The notes under the pieces: model-generated
The model's database searches: none
Told to the model about the DNA's origin: nothing
The model's input: only the letters and a program-made list of their open reading frames with translations
Assembly (NCBI GenBank): GCA_029548485.1
Contig: JAKPNH010000011.1
Location: forward strand, 1 to 46,854
Source of the DNA: a bacterium
GTDB lineage: Bacteria; Patescibacteriota; Minisyncoccia; UBA6257; Colwellbacteraceae
Reading direction: 5' to 3'
Length of the DNA: 46,854 nt
Translations under genes and position numbers: made by a program
Part shown: positions 26,859-35,744 of the stretch, piece by piece
Numbering within the stretch: position 1 is the first letter of the stretch
How the letters are laid out: each line of letters starts with the position of its first letter

Positions 26859-26867
26859 ATTATACCA
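26859..26867 (-). promoter_or_regulatory. Extended -10 promoter TGgTATAAT for the small RNA
   Basis: Minus strand reads cttgaaccggaatctcggaTGgTATAATcagatcg, followed by the start of the closing helix. Confidence 0.5.
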
Positions 26868-26922
26868 TCCGAGATTCCGGTTCAAGATTCCCTTCCAAAA
26901 CCGTTTTGTGGATAAGCCGGTT

Positions 26923-27534
26923 CTATTCCAGTATTCCGTCTAAATTGACGTCGTATAATATTTCTTCGGTCACCAGGCGATAATTGATCAGCTCTTCCGG
27001 CTTGAACCAGAAATCGACTTCCATCTTCGCCTCTTCCGGAGAACCGGAAGCGTGAATGATGTTCCTCGTGACTCTTCCGTCTTCATCCGCGGCCTGATAT
27101 GAATCGATGGTGAGATCGCCGCGGATGGTTCCGACGTCGGAAACCAAAGGCTCGGTGCTACCGGTGATCTTCCTGACAACTGCCACGGCATGCATTCCCT
27201 GCCAAACCATGGCCACCACCGGCCCGGAACTCAAATATTTCTTCAATTTTCCCAAAGTGATGGCGTTCACGGCGAGCGGATCCTCCGAAGGCGGGACAAG
27301 GCCTTTGGCCTTGTAAGCCTCAATGGTCTTTTTGCCGTTCCGTTCGCGCCAGGTCGGATCCAAAGTGTAATGCCTTTCCGTGAATTCCGGGGTCGGAACG
27401 AGCATCTTGATCCCGACGAGCTTCAGTCCCGAACGCTCGTAGCGCCCGATGACTTCTCCGATCAATCCCCTTTGCACGCCGTCCGGTTTGATGACGACGA
27501 GCGTCCGCTCTTTTTTGTCTATCTGCTCCGCCAT
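26923..27534 (-). CDS. ndk: Nucleoside diphosphate kinase, long form (203 aa)
   Basis: Contains ERTLVVIKPDGVQRGLIGEVI, GPVVAMVWQG, GTIRGD and NIIHASGSPEEA. It carries an internal insertion and a C-terminal extension relative to typical NDKs of about 140 aa. Confidence 0.85.
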   Translation of the reverse strand: MAEQIDKKERTLVVIKPDGVQRGLIGEVIGRYERSGLKLVGIKMLVPTPEFTERHYTLDPTWRERNGKKTIEAYKAKGLVPPSEDPLAVNAITLGKLKKYLSSGPVVAMVWQGMHAVAVVRKITGSTEPLVSDVGTIRGDLTIDSYQAADEDGRVTRNIIHASGSPEEAKMEVDFWFKPEELINYRLVTEEILYDVNLDGILE

Positions 27535-27573
27535 GATGATTTTATTTTTGTTTTTTTAACGACGTTTTTAATG

Positions 27574-27744
27574 CTAAAGATTCTGGAAATAAACCACTGC
27601 TTCGCGGAAAACGATGAAGCCGAACCAGAAAAGGACGACGTAAGCGGCGATGACGATCAGGATCATAAGAAGCTTGAGCGCCGCCTCGAGGACTTTGGTC
27701 AGCCATTCGCCCAGACTGTCGAACCAGCTTTTGGGTTGGATCAT
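27574..27744 (-). CDS. 56-aa single-TM microprotein translationally coupled to aspS (not in the ORF track)
   Basis: Its ATG overlaps the aspS TGA as ATGA (27741-27744). Translation: MIQPKSWFDSLGEWLTKVLEAALKLLMILIVIAAYVVLFWFGFIVFREAVVYFQNL. Confidence 0.45.
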   Translation of the reverse strand: MIQPKSWFDSLGEWLTKVLEAALKLLMILIVIAAYVVLFWFGFIVFREAVVYFQNL

Positions 27745-29153
27745 TTTGCTTTTTTCTTGATTTCGAATCCCAATTCGTCGAGTTGCGACTTGTCGACTTC
27801 CGAAGGCGCGTCCATCATCAGGTCGCGGCCGTCGCCGGTTTTCGGGAAAGCGATCACCTCCCTGATATTCGGTTCGTTCTGCATGACCATGACGAACCGA
27901 TCGATGCCCGGAGCGATCCCGCCGTGCGGCGGAACTCCGTATCGGAAAGCCTCAAGCATGTGGCCGAACCGCTCTCTCACGGTTTCCGGATCGTTTCCCA
28001 TGGCCTCGAAAACCGCCTCGAGCAATTCCGGTTCGTGGATCCTGATGGACCCGCCGCCGATCTCGTAGCCGTTAAGGACGAAATCGTATTGCTTGGCGGG
28101 TATTGCCCCCGGGTCTTTTTTGAACATTTCCTTGAATTCGGCCACGTTTTTCACTTTCGGTTGGGTAAAAGGATGGTGCACCGCGTCCCAGCGACTTTCC
28201 GTCTCTTTCCATTCGAAAGCCGGAAAATCGACGACGAAAAGAAACGCCAGTTCGTCCGGATCGTTCTTGTTCTCGCGGACATCCGGCTTGTCGCTTCCGT
28301 ATTTCTCCATCGCCTCCTTGTAGGTCATCACCGGAATGCGGCCGTCCGAACCGAGTCTCACTTTTTTCCCGGGATAAAGATCGGCCACGAGGCCGAGATA
28401 GAGCTCTTCCGCGAGAGCCATCACCTCTTTCTCGTCAACAAAGCTCATCTCGATATCGAGCTGGGTGAATTCCGGCTGGCGGTCGCCGCGCGAATCCTCG
28501 TCCCGGAAACACCGGGCGATCTGGAAATATCTCTCGAAGCCGGCGACCATCAAAAGCTGCTTATACTGCTGGGGCGACTGCGGCAAGGCGTAAAATTTTC
28601 CCGGATAAACGCGCGAAGGCACGAGATAATCCCTCGCTCCTTCGGGCGTGGATTTGCTGATGATCGGAGTCTCGATCTCCACGAAATCTTTCTTGGCGAG
28701 AAAATCGCGCATGTAACGGATGATCTTGTTGCGGTTCCTCATGTTTTCCGCCATCCTTTTCCGCCGCAGATCGAGATAACGGTATTTCATCCTGACGTCT
28801 TCGCTAATCTCGCGGCCGTCGGTGTCGATCTCGAAAGGCGGGGTTTTGGCTTCGCTGATCACTTCGAATTCCTTCACCTGGATTTCTATCCGGCCGGTTT
28901 CTATTTCCGAGTTGACCATCGCTTCCGGCCTTTCGGCCACCGTTCCTTTTATTCCGATCACCCATTCGAGCCTCAAATTCTGGGCCTCGCCGTAGCCGGT
29001 TATGCCCGGAGTGAAAACCAACTGAACCAAGCCGCTCCTGTCCCGAAGGTCGATAAAAATAAGCTTGCCGTGATCGCGCCTGGCGTGAACCCAGCCCTTG
29101 AGCTCGACCTCTTCTCCGATTTTAGATACGGCTTCTCCGTTCAAAATTCGCAT
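27741..29153 (-). CDS. aspS: Aspartyl-tRNA synthetase, bacterial type without the GAD insertion
   Basis: Contains FIDLRDRSGLVQLVF, QSPQQYKQLLMVAGFERYFQIARCFRDED and GGSIRIH. At 470 aa the sequence goes straight from SDKPDVREN to FVVDFPAFEW. Confidence 0.92.
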   Translation of the reverse strand: MRILNGEAVSKIGEEVELKGWVHARRDHGKLIFIDLRDRSGLVQLVFTPGITGYGEAQNLRLEWVIGIKGTVAERPEAMVNSEIETGRIEIQVKEFEVISEAKTPPFEIDTDGREISEDVRMKYRYLDLRRKRMAENMRNRNKIIRYMRDFLAKKDFVEIETPIISKSTPEGARDYLVPSRVYPGKFYALPQSPQQYKQLLMVAGFERYFQIARCFRDEDSRGDRQPEFTQLDIEMSFVDEKEVMALAEELYLGLVADLYPGKKVRLGSDGRIPVMTYKEAMEKYGSDKPDVRENKNDPDELAFLFVVDFPAFEWKETESRWDAVHHPFTQPKVKNVAEFKEMFKKDPGAIPAKQYDFVLNGYEIGGGSIRIHEPELLEAVFEAMGNDPETVRERFGHMLEAFRYGVPPHGGIAPGIDRFVMVMQNEPNIREVIAFPKTGDGRDLMMDAPSEVDKSQLDELGFEIKKKAK

Positions 29154-29166
29154 TGGTTTCAGTATA

Positions 29167-30000
29167 TCACCGGATTTTCATAAATTTAAAGCCCTCTTTC
29201 CCAAAAACCAATTTGACGGTTCCCAAGAGGTCCGTACGGTAGACTTCGGCGCCGGACTTTGCGAGTCGCTCCACCGCTTCCGGAGCCGGATGGCCGTATG
29301 AGTTTTTCCCGACTTCGATCACGGCCGCGGTCGGCCGGACTTCGTTCAAAAACTCTTCGGACGAAGAATACTTTGATCCGTGGTGCCCGACTTTCAGCAC
29401 CTCGGCGGAAACGTCTCGTTTTTTCGTTATTCTTTTCTCGGTCGCCGCGCCGATGTCTCCGGTGAAAAGAACTTTGCCGAAACCGGTATCGAGCAAAAGC
29501 ACCAGAGACGATTCGTTGACGTCTTCCGATCCCTCGCTTCCCGGAGACAGAACTTCGATGCGGGAATCCCCGAAAACAATCCGGTCTCCTTGTTTCAGGC
29601 CGATCGTCGGAACGCCTTCTTCCAAAAGATGTTCCAGCCATTCTTTCAAAACCCGATTACTTTCCTGTTCTTCGGCGTAGATAAAGATACCTATTTCGTA
29701 GCTTTTGAGAACCTCTCTCAATCCGTCGAGATGATCGGCCTGTGGATGGCTCAAAAACACCATATCGAGATATCGCCTCGAAGCCCCCGAAGTCTGGTCG
29801 AGCTCGTAAAGGACTTTCTTGTCCGGTCCTCCGTCGATCAAAAAATTCGCGCCTCGGAGACTGATAAGTTCGCTGTCTCCCTGGCCCACGTCCAAAAAAT
29901 AAACTTGCTTTTCCGATAGCCCCGCGTTCAGAAAACCGGTTTCCCGGAAAACCAAGATATTACATAAAACGAGCGCTAAGATTAATAACGCTTTCCGCAT
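29167..30000 (-). CDS. Membrane-anchored metallo-beta-lactamase-fold protein, equivalent to the ComEC C-terminal domain
   Basis: Hydrophobic N-terminus MRKALLILALVLCNILVF, then FLDVGQGDSELI, SHPQADHLDGL and VGHHGSKYSS. Confidence 0.8.
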   Translation of the reverse strand: MRKALLILALVLCNILVFRETGFLNAGLSEKQVYFLDVGQGDSELISLRGANFLIDGGPDKKVLYELDQTSGASRRYLDMVFLSHPQADHLDGLREVLKSYEIGIFIYAEEQESNRVLKEWLEHLLEEGVPTIGLKQGDRIVFGDSRIEVLSPGSEGSEDVNESSLVLLLDTGFGKVLFTGDIGAATEKRITKKRDVSAEVLKVGHHGSKYSSSEEFLNEVRPTAAVIEVGKNSYGHPAPEAVERLAKSGAEVYRTDLLGTVKLVFGKEGFKFMKIR

Positions 30001-31261
30001 AGCTTAATGATATCCGAAGAAGGAAAGCGAAGATAACGGCCAAAGGGAGAGAGATCACCGACGCAAAAGCGACGATAAACCCGAGAAGCATGATCAACGG
30101 CACCGCGGGCAAAATCAAAATGTTCGGGAAAATCGCCAAAGGGCTGAACCCGCCGGTTTTGAAAAACAAAAGCGGGGCGACCATTATCTGGGCCGAAAGC
30201 GTCTGAACGGCGTTTTCTTTCCAGCCGCAAAATCCCCTGTCTTCGAAACGCAGTTTTTCCTTCAAGAAAGACGCGAGGCAGCTCACTCCGAAAAACGCGA
30301 GAAAAGACAATTGGAAACCGAGATCGAAGACGATAAAACGGGGGTTATAAAGCGACATCAAAAGCCCGGTGAAAGCGACCGTGTTTTTCATCGAATAAAA
30401 ACGGCTGTTTTCTTTCGCCATCATCGAAAGCACGGCCATTATCCCGGCTCTCGTGACCGAAGCGCCGGCGCCGGTCATGAGGACAAACCCGGAAACGACG
30501 AGAACCGATAAAAAGAAACTCCTCCGCCTCAAGCCGAGGGACGACAGGAATATTCGGACTCCTTGGACGACGATCAAGACGTTGTATCCGGACAAAGCCA
30601 CCAAATGGCTGGTGCCGGTTTTCTTCAGGTTGTCCGCAAAACCCTGATCGATCAGGCTTTCGTCGCCGAACATCATGGCGATCGAGAAACCCGCTTCGGA
30701 AACCGGCAAAACCCGGCGCAAGCCCGAAACCAGAGAATCCTTGAATCCGAAAAGCGCTTTCATAAGAGAAGATCCTTGGCTCTTTTGAAGCAAAACGACT
30801 TCCGGGAAACTGATACCGTAGCCGCCGTAACCGTTTTCTTTTATCGAGCCCGTCACCCGAAGCAAGTCGCCGTAAGCGTATTCCGGATACAAACGGCTGT
30901 AGCTCGCGACTTCCCCTTTCCAGGGAGGCTCGAGTCCGAGCCGGAAAACTTGGGATTTTTCCCTTGATTCCGGTTCGGCGATCACTTTGGCGACGAACGT
31001 CGTTTCTTCGCCGAGCGGAATCCGCGGCAAAGACAAAGATTCGCGGAAATGAAAGTAAAAACATCCGAGAAGGATCAATAACGCCAACCGGGCCAAAGTT
31101 TTCCATTTTCTGCTTCGGCGGATTTCCGCCAACCATAAAAAACCGCCGCTCGAAGCGGCGACCAAAGCCAAAACCGAAACTCCCCCGACGTTGAAACTCG
31201 CCAGGAAAACGCCCGCCAAGAAGAAAAGCGAAGCGTAGAAAAACATTTCCGCCGGCTTCAT
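29960..31261 (-). CDS. comEC: ComEC/Rec2 DNA internalisation channel (OB/DUF4131 plus competence domain, no MBL domain)
   Basis: Start taken at MKPAEM (ATG 31261), which forms an ATGA overlap with the mnmA stop. Polytopic, with the HLVALSGYNVLIV competence motif. It ends 41 nt inside the next ORF. Confidence 0.8.
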   Translation of the reverse strand: MKPAEMFFYASLFFLAGVFLASFNVGGVSVLALVAASSGGFLWLAEIRRSRKWKTLARLALLILLGCFYFHFRESLSLPRIPLGEETTFVAKVIAEPESREKSQVFRLGLEPPWKGEVASYSRLYPEYAYGDLLRVTGSIKENGYGGYGISFPEVVLLQKSQGSSLMKALFGFKDSLVSGLRRVLPVSEAGFSIAMMFGDESLIDQGFADNLKKTGTSHLVALSGYNVLIVVQGVRIFLSSLGLRRRSFFLSVLVVSGFVLMTGAGASVTRAGIMAVLSMMAKENSRFYSMKNTVAFTGLLMSLYNPRFIVFDLGFQLSFLAFFGVSCLASFLKEKLRFEDRGFCGWKENAVQTLSAQIMVAPLLFFKTGGFSPLAIFPNILILPAVPLIMLLGFIVAFASVISLPLAVIFAFLLRISLSYAESVINLSARFM

Positions 31262-32301
31262 TTGATTATTCCCCCGCCGAGCAGTTTTCCTTTCTTGTCG
31301 TACAAGACCGCGGATTGTCCTTCGGCCACGAACTTCTGGGGTTTGGCGGCCCGCAAAAACCATTTATTTTTTTCTCGGTACGCCTTGACTCCGAAAAGCG
31401 GCTGCCTGTATCTAACGCGGCAAAGGATATTTCCCCCGACGATCTCTTTTTCCGGCGCCAGCCAATTCGTTTCTCCGATTTCGAATTCGTTTTTGAACAA
31501 AAGCTTGCTTTTGGCCGGGACAGCCACGATGGTGTTTTTCTCCGTATCTTTTGCGGCCACGTAAAGCGGTTCTTTCCCCGGAATGCCTAACCCGTGCCTC
31601 TGGCCGATCGTGTAATACCAAGCTCCCTGGTGCCGGCCGATCTCTTTTCCGGATTCGTCGAGTACCAATCCTTCTTGCGGCGGAATGAAAAGCTTCAGAA
31701 AATCGTCTATTGACACTTTCCCCAAAAAGCAAATACCCTGGGAGTCTTTTTTCTCGGCCGCGAGGATGCCGGCTTTCTTGGCGATCTTCCTCACTTCGGA
31801 TTTCAAAAGCCCGCCCACCGGAAAAAGGCAATATTCCAAATCCTCTTTTTTGATCGCCCACAAAAAATACGTCTGGTCCTTGTTTTTGTCTTTGGCCGCG
31901 AAAACGGCCTTGGTTTTCGGATCGATGACGGCGTAATGGCCGGTGGCGATACGATCGGCGCCTAATTTTTTCGCCCTTTCCAGGAAAAGCCCGAATTTGA
32001 TTTCCTTGTTGCACATCACGTCCGGGTTAGGAGTGAGGCCTTTTCTGTATCCTTCGACCATGTAGTCCACCACCCGGCGTTCGTATTCTTCCCGGAAATC
32101 CCAAACGTAAAAAGGGATGCCTATTTTTTCGGCGATCCTTCTCGCGTCCTCGCTGTCTTTTTCGTCGCAGCCGTCGATGTTGTATCCGGCCATGAAAACT
32201 CCGACCGCATCGTACCCTCGGCGCTTCAGCAAATAGGCGGAGACGCTCGAATCCACTCCGCCGGATATGGCAACGAAAACTCTTTTTCCGGGACGAGACA
32301 T
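31258..32301 (-). CDS. mnmA: tRNA 2-thiouridine(34) synthase MnmA
   Basis: PP-loop VAISGGVDSSV, TGHYA and CRVRYRQ. Confidence 0.92.
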   Translation of the reverse strand: MSRPGKRVFVAISGGVDSSVSAYLLKRRGYDAVGVFMAGYNIDGCDEKDSEDARRIAEKIGIPFYVWDFREEYERRVVDYMVEGYRKGLTPNPDVMCNKEIKFGLFLERAKKLGADRIATGHYAVIDPKTKAVFAAKDKNKDQTYFLWAIKKEDLEYCLFPVGGLLKSEVRKIAKKAGILAAEKKDSQGICFLGKVSIDDFLKLFIPPQEGLVLDESGKEIGRHQGAWYYTIGQRHGLGIPGKEPLYVAAKDTEKNTIVAVPAKSKLLFKNEFEIGETNWLAPEKEIVGGNILCRVRYRQPLFGVKAYREKNKWFLRAAKPQKFVAEGQSAVLYDKKGKLLGGGIIK

Positions 32302-32338
32302 TTTACGGAAACATTCGATCGCGGACCCGCCGCGAAAG

Positions 32339-32911
32339 TTATTTTGTTTTCTCCACCCTTTCGACGTATTCTCCGGTTTCGGTGTTCACGCGGACAACGT
32401 CCCCCTGGTTGATGAAAAGCGGAGCGTTGATCTTGGCGCCGCCCTGTAAAGTCACCATTTTGGCGCCTCCTTGGGCGGTATTGCCTTTGATCGAAGGCGG
32501 AGCCTCGAGGACTTCGAGCTCCATCTTGATCGGGATCTGGATCTTGATCGGCTTGCTCTCAAGCATGAAAGCGACGACTTCGGTCTGCGGCTTCAAGAAT
32601 TGGCCGCTCGAGCCCAAGATTTCTTCGGAAATCATAAAGCGGTTTTTCGGGTTGCCTTTTTCCTGGAACCAATATTCTCCCCGATGGTTGTAAAGAAAAA
32701 CCGCCTCCATCCGTTCGATGTCGACTTCTTCGATGGCGTCCGACGCCTGCCAGGTACGTTCGACGACCTTGCCGCTCACGAGATTCTTCAATTTGGTCGT
32801 CACCACCGCTTTTCTTTGCTGCATTCTCATGAAGGACACGTCGATCACCTCGAATATCTCGCGGTTGAAGCGGATGATCATGCTTTTTTTCAGATTGGTG
32901 TAGGAAATCAT
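32339..32911 (-). CDS. efp: Elongation factor P
   Basis: 190 aa with a three-domain layout. Contains LEVLEAPPSIKGNTAQGGAK and INQGDVVRVNTETGEYVERV. Confidence 0.93.
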   Translation of the reverse strand: MISYTNLKKSMIIRFNREIFEVIDVSFMRMQQRKAVVTTKLKNLVSGKVVERTWQASDAIEEVDIERMEAVFLYNHRGEYWFQEKGNPKNRFMISEEILGSSGQFLKPQTEVVAFMLESKPIKIQIPIKMELEVLEAPPSIKGNTAQGGAKMVTLQGGAKINAPLFINQGDVVRVNTETGEYVERVEKTK

Positions 32912-32912
32912 G

Positions 32913-34382
32913 TTATGGTTTCGCTTCTTCGGAATCGGCGTTTTTATCCTGCGGGGTTTCGGGCTGACCCGCGTTCGATCCGAGAGCGTCGCTCAAGGCC
33001 TTTCTCAAATCGTCGATGATGATAGGCTTTCTTTCTTTCGGACGCAAGAGCTGGTTTATCGGAAGCTCGCTCCGGCGTTCGGCTTTTTCCTCGACGACGT
33101 CTTCCCGCCTGGTCCATTCTTCGGCGATCTGCTTTTCGACGGTCGCTTTGGGCGTGCCGTACTTTTTCCGGCTCTGTTCGATTATGATCTCGCCGAAAGA
33201 CTCCGTCGGCTTCAAAGCCGGAGGCAGGTTCTGGATCGAGAAGGGCCGCGAAGGAGATCCGTCGATGATCATTTTGATATAGGCGTGCCAATTGCTTAAA
33301 TTGACCAGATCCTTGTCTTCGAATTCCGGCAAGAATTCCTTTTCCAGGAATTCGGCGTCTTCGGCGCCGACGCGGAAAACGATCATCGTGCCGACGTTGC
33401 CGATAATAGCCGCTTTGACCAAGTCGGTAAGCTGCTCCAGGTACTGGTGCGCCAGGACCAGGCTCAAGCGGTATTTTCTCGCTTCGGAGAGGACCACGGC
33501 GAAAGAATCAGTGGAAAAATTCTGGAACTCGTCGATATAAAGGAAAAAGTCGCGGCGTTCCGCTTCCGGGACGTCGGCGCGGCTCATGGCCGCCTGTTGG
33601 AGCTTGGTGATGAGCATCGCTCCCAAAAGGTTGGAATTGTCCTCGCCGATCTTTCCGCGGGCCAGATTGGCGATCAATATTTTCCCCTCGTCCATGACGC
33701 TCCTCATATTGAGGCCGGAAATCTGCTGTCCGATGACGTTTCTGATCAAAGGGTTGGCGACGAACTGCCCGACTTTGTTCTGGATGGCGCCAACCGCTTC
33801 GGTGGCGTAACGATCCGTGTATCTGGCGAATTCGTTCACCCAGAAGCTCTTGACCACCGGGTCTTCCAAGCGGTCGACCACGGTCTCCCGGTATTTTTTC
33901 TCGGCGAGCATTCTCATGATGCCGAGCAGGGTCGAACCCGGATATTCCAAAAGAGCGAGCAAGGTGTTGTTCAAAATATATTCCATCCTGGCGGACCAGA
34001 CGTCCGGCCAGATCTTCTTGAAAACGGACATGATGCCCGAAGCCACCAGGTGCCGGTGCTCTCCGTGGACGTTTTCCAGGGCGTTGAATCCTATCGGAAA
34101 ATCCGTGTCCGCCGGATTGAAATAGATGACGTCGTTGATCCGCTCCGCCGGAATGAAGCCAAGCAGTTTTTCGGCGGCGTCTCCGTGGGGGTCGAACCAG
34201 GCGGCTCCATGCCCGGCCTGGACGTCTTCGATGAACATCCTCTCCATCATCGTCGTCTTGCCGACGCCGCTTTTCCCGATCATATACATGTGGCGCCGGC
34301 GGTCGTCGGTCTTGATGCCGAATTTGACCACGCGATTCCGGAAATTGGTCTGGCCGAAATAGATTACCTCGTTCGTGTCCAT
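32913..34382 (-). CDS. Soluble VirD4/TraD-like (type IV coupling protein-like) P-loop ATPase, FtsK/HerA superfamily
   Basis: Walker A MIGKSGVGKTT, Walker B-like FFLYIDEFQNF and LVLAHQYLEQL. No TM segment. Charged, disordered C-terminal tail. Confidence 0.7.
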   Translation of the reverse strand: MDTNEVIYFGQTNFRNRVVKFGIKTDDRRRHMYMIGKSGVGKTTMMERMFIEDVQAGHGAAWFDPHGDAAEKLLGFIPAERINDVIYFNPADTDFPIGFNALENVHGEHRHLVASGIMSVFKKIWPDVWSARMEYILNNTLLALLEYPGSTLLGIMRMLAEKKYRETVVDRLEDPVVKSFWVNEFARYTDRYATEAVGAIQNKVGQFVANPLIRNVIGQQISGLNMRSVMDEGKILIANLARGKIGEDNSNLLGAMLITKLQQAAMSRADVPEAERRDFFLYIDEFQNFSTDSFAVVLSEARKYRLSLVLAHQYLEQLTDLVKAAIIGNVGTMIVFRVGAEDAEFLEKEFLPEFEDKDLVNLSNWHAYIKMIIDGSPSRPFSIQNLPPALKPTESFGEIIIEQSRKKYGTPKATVEKQIAEEWTRREDVVEEKAERRSELPINQLLRPKERKPIIIDDLRKALSDALGSNAGQPETPQDKNADSEEAKP

Positions 34383-34418
34383 GTCTTATGGAATTATAAC
34401 CTTGTAAAGGATTCGGAG

Positions 34419-35744
34419 CTATTCTTCGATCGGCAGATTGGCCGGAGCTTCAGCTTTGACCGCTTCGGTTTTGACGATTCCGGGAGCGCCGACGTCGGTC
34501 ACCGGGAAATGGTAGATGGTCGCCAGTTCCTCGACGTTCCACAAAGAAATCTCCGGCACGCGATCCTTGAGATAAGGCGTGTAGAATTGCTCCAATGGAG
34601 AACGCATGTCGAATTTCCTGTTGATGAAATGTCTGTAAACGGATTTCTTTTTCTTGAACAAAGTCCTGTCCCTGAAAAGGAACCTCGGCTTTTTGGTGAA
34701 GGTCGTCGGGTCGGGCCTCATGAAATTCAGATGCCCCACCGAGAAGATCTGGAAAGAAGAAACAAGGGCGAAAAACTTCCCCCTGTCGGCGATGCTTTTC
34801 CGGGCGATGTAGACGAACCGCGGGATCGCTCTAAAAACCAGTTTCGAGGCTTTGGCGTTCGCCGCCCGGATCTGGTCTTTTTCCTCGGCCGTCAGCTCGT
34901 CGTCTTTTTTCTTGATGAGTTTCAATTTCCCGGTTTTGGGATCGATTTCGTCGCCGGTTTTATAGGCGATTTTTTTGATATATGCCTCGGATATTTTCTT
35001 GAAGTCGCCGCTGTTATAGGGCTGCATCAATACCTGGTACCAGATATGTTCGCCTTCTTTCAAATTGGCCATGGCTTCCAAAAGCCCGGAAATCGGGTCG
35101 ATTTTCTCGACGTCGAACCGGAAACGGCTGATGGTGGCGCCTCCGGAAAAATCGGTGTAAGTCCTCATCGGCAAGGCGTTGCTAAGGCCTTTTTTTCCGA
35201 GGATCATGTCCGCTCCGAAAACGTCGTACTCGTCGTTCGGCAGATCCGGCGGCAGGATCTTGGTATAATCTTCGGTTTCGGAGATTTCGGCTTCCGGATA
35301 CTGTCCGTAGATCGCCGACTGCACGGTGTTTTTGTCTTTGGTCGGAAAATAAAAAATAAACCTTATCTGGTTGTGGGAGGCGGCGATCTCCGCCGAAATC
35401 CAATCTTCGATCTTTCCTTCGAGAACGACTTCTTCCGGCTTCAAGCCGAAGCTGTAAATGCCGAAGATGTTCGCGAAAACCTGTTCCATGGACTTGGGAG
35501 ACTTGATGTTTTCCCGCGGAACCTTTATTTCCACGCTCATCCAAGGCAGTTTTTTCAAATAATCCGTCTGGATGGTGTCCATCCACCAAAGCCTGAAAAA
35601 GCGGTAAAGCGCCGTGAAGATGATAAGGAGAACTCCGCCGATGACGATCGTCTCGATGACGATCAAGTAGCTCCCCTCGGTGAAATGCACGAGGTTCGAT
35701 ATGAAATTGATTATGAATTTGACGGCGTTTTCTATGCTGACCAT
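34419..35744 (-). CDS. TM-anchored 441-aa protein of unknown function, probable partner of the ATPase
   Basis: N-terminal TM segment YLIVIETIVIGGVLLIIFTALY. It lies 36 nt upstream of the ATPase and overlaps the upstream HTH gene by 13 nt. I recognise no motif. Confidence 0.6.
   Translation of the reverse strand: MVSIENAVKFIINFISNLVHFTEGSYLIVIETIVIGGVLLIIFTALYRFFRLWWMDTIQTDYLKKLPWMSVEIKVPRENIKSPKSMEQVFANIFGIYSFGLKPEEVVLEGKIEDWISAEIAASHNQIRFIFYFPTKDKNTVQSAIYGQYPEAEISETEDYTKILPPDLPNDEYDVFGADMILGKKGLSNALPMRTYTDFSGGATISRFRFDVEKIDPISGLLEAMANLKEGEHIWYQVLMQPYNSGDFKKISEAYIKKIAYKTGDEIDPKTGKLKLIKKKDDELTAEEKDQIRAANAKASKLVFRAIPRFVYIARKSIADRGKFFALVSSFQIFSVGHLNFMRPDPTTFTKKPRFLFRDRTLFKKKKSVYRHFINRKFDMRSPLEQFYTPYLKDRVPEISLWNVEELATIYHFPVTDVGAPGIVKTEAVKAEAPANLPIEE

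Noticed and set aside
26741-26983. 80-aa plus-strand ORF in the ndk / tRNA-Pro gap
   Set aside because: It overlaps the 3' end of ndk and the structured RNA on the opposite strand, has no RBS or promoter, and has an implausible composition. The region is better explained as an RNA gene.
27741-31260. Alternative genetic code (UGA = Gly, code 25) as in some CPR lineages
   Set aside because: TGA terminates aspS and mnmA at positions giving normal C-termini, with ATGA-coupled downstream starts. The conserved genes I checked (aspS, mnmA and others) translate without needing any in-frame TGA read-through.
31262-31363. N-terminal 34-codon extension of the comEC ORF
   Set aside because: It overlaps the conserved C-terminus of mnmA and is Arg-rich, like an out-of-frame read. 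MKPAEM at 31261 forms an ATGA junction with the mnmA stop and leads straight into the first TM helix.
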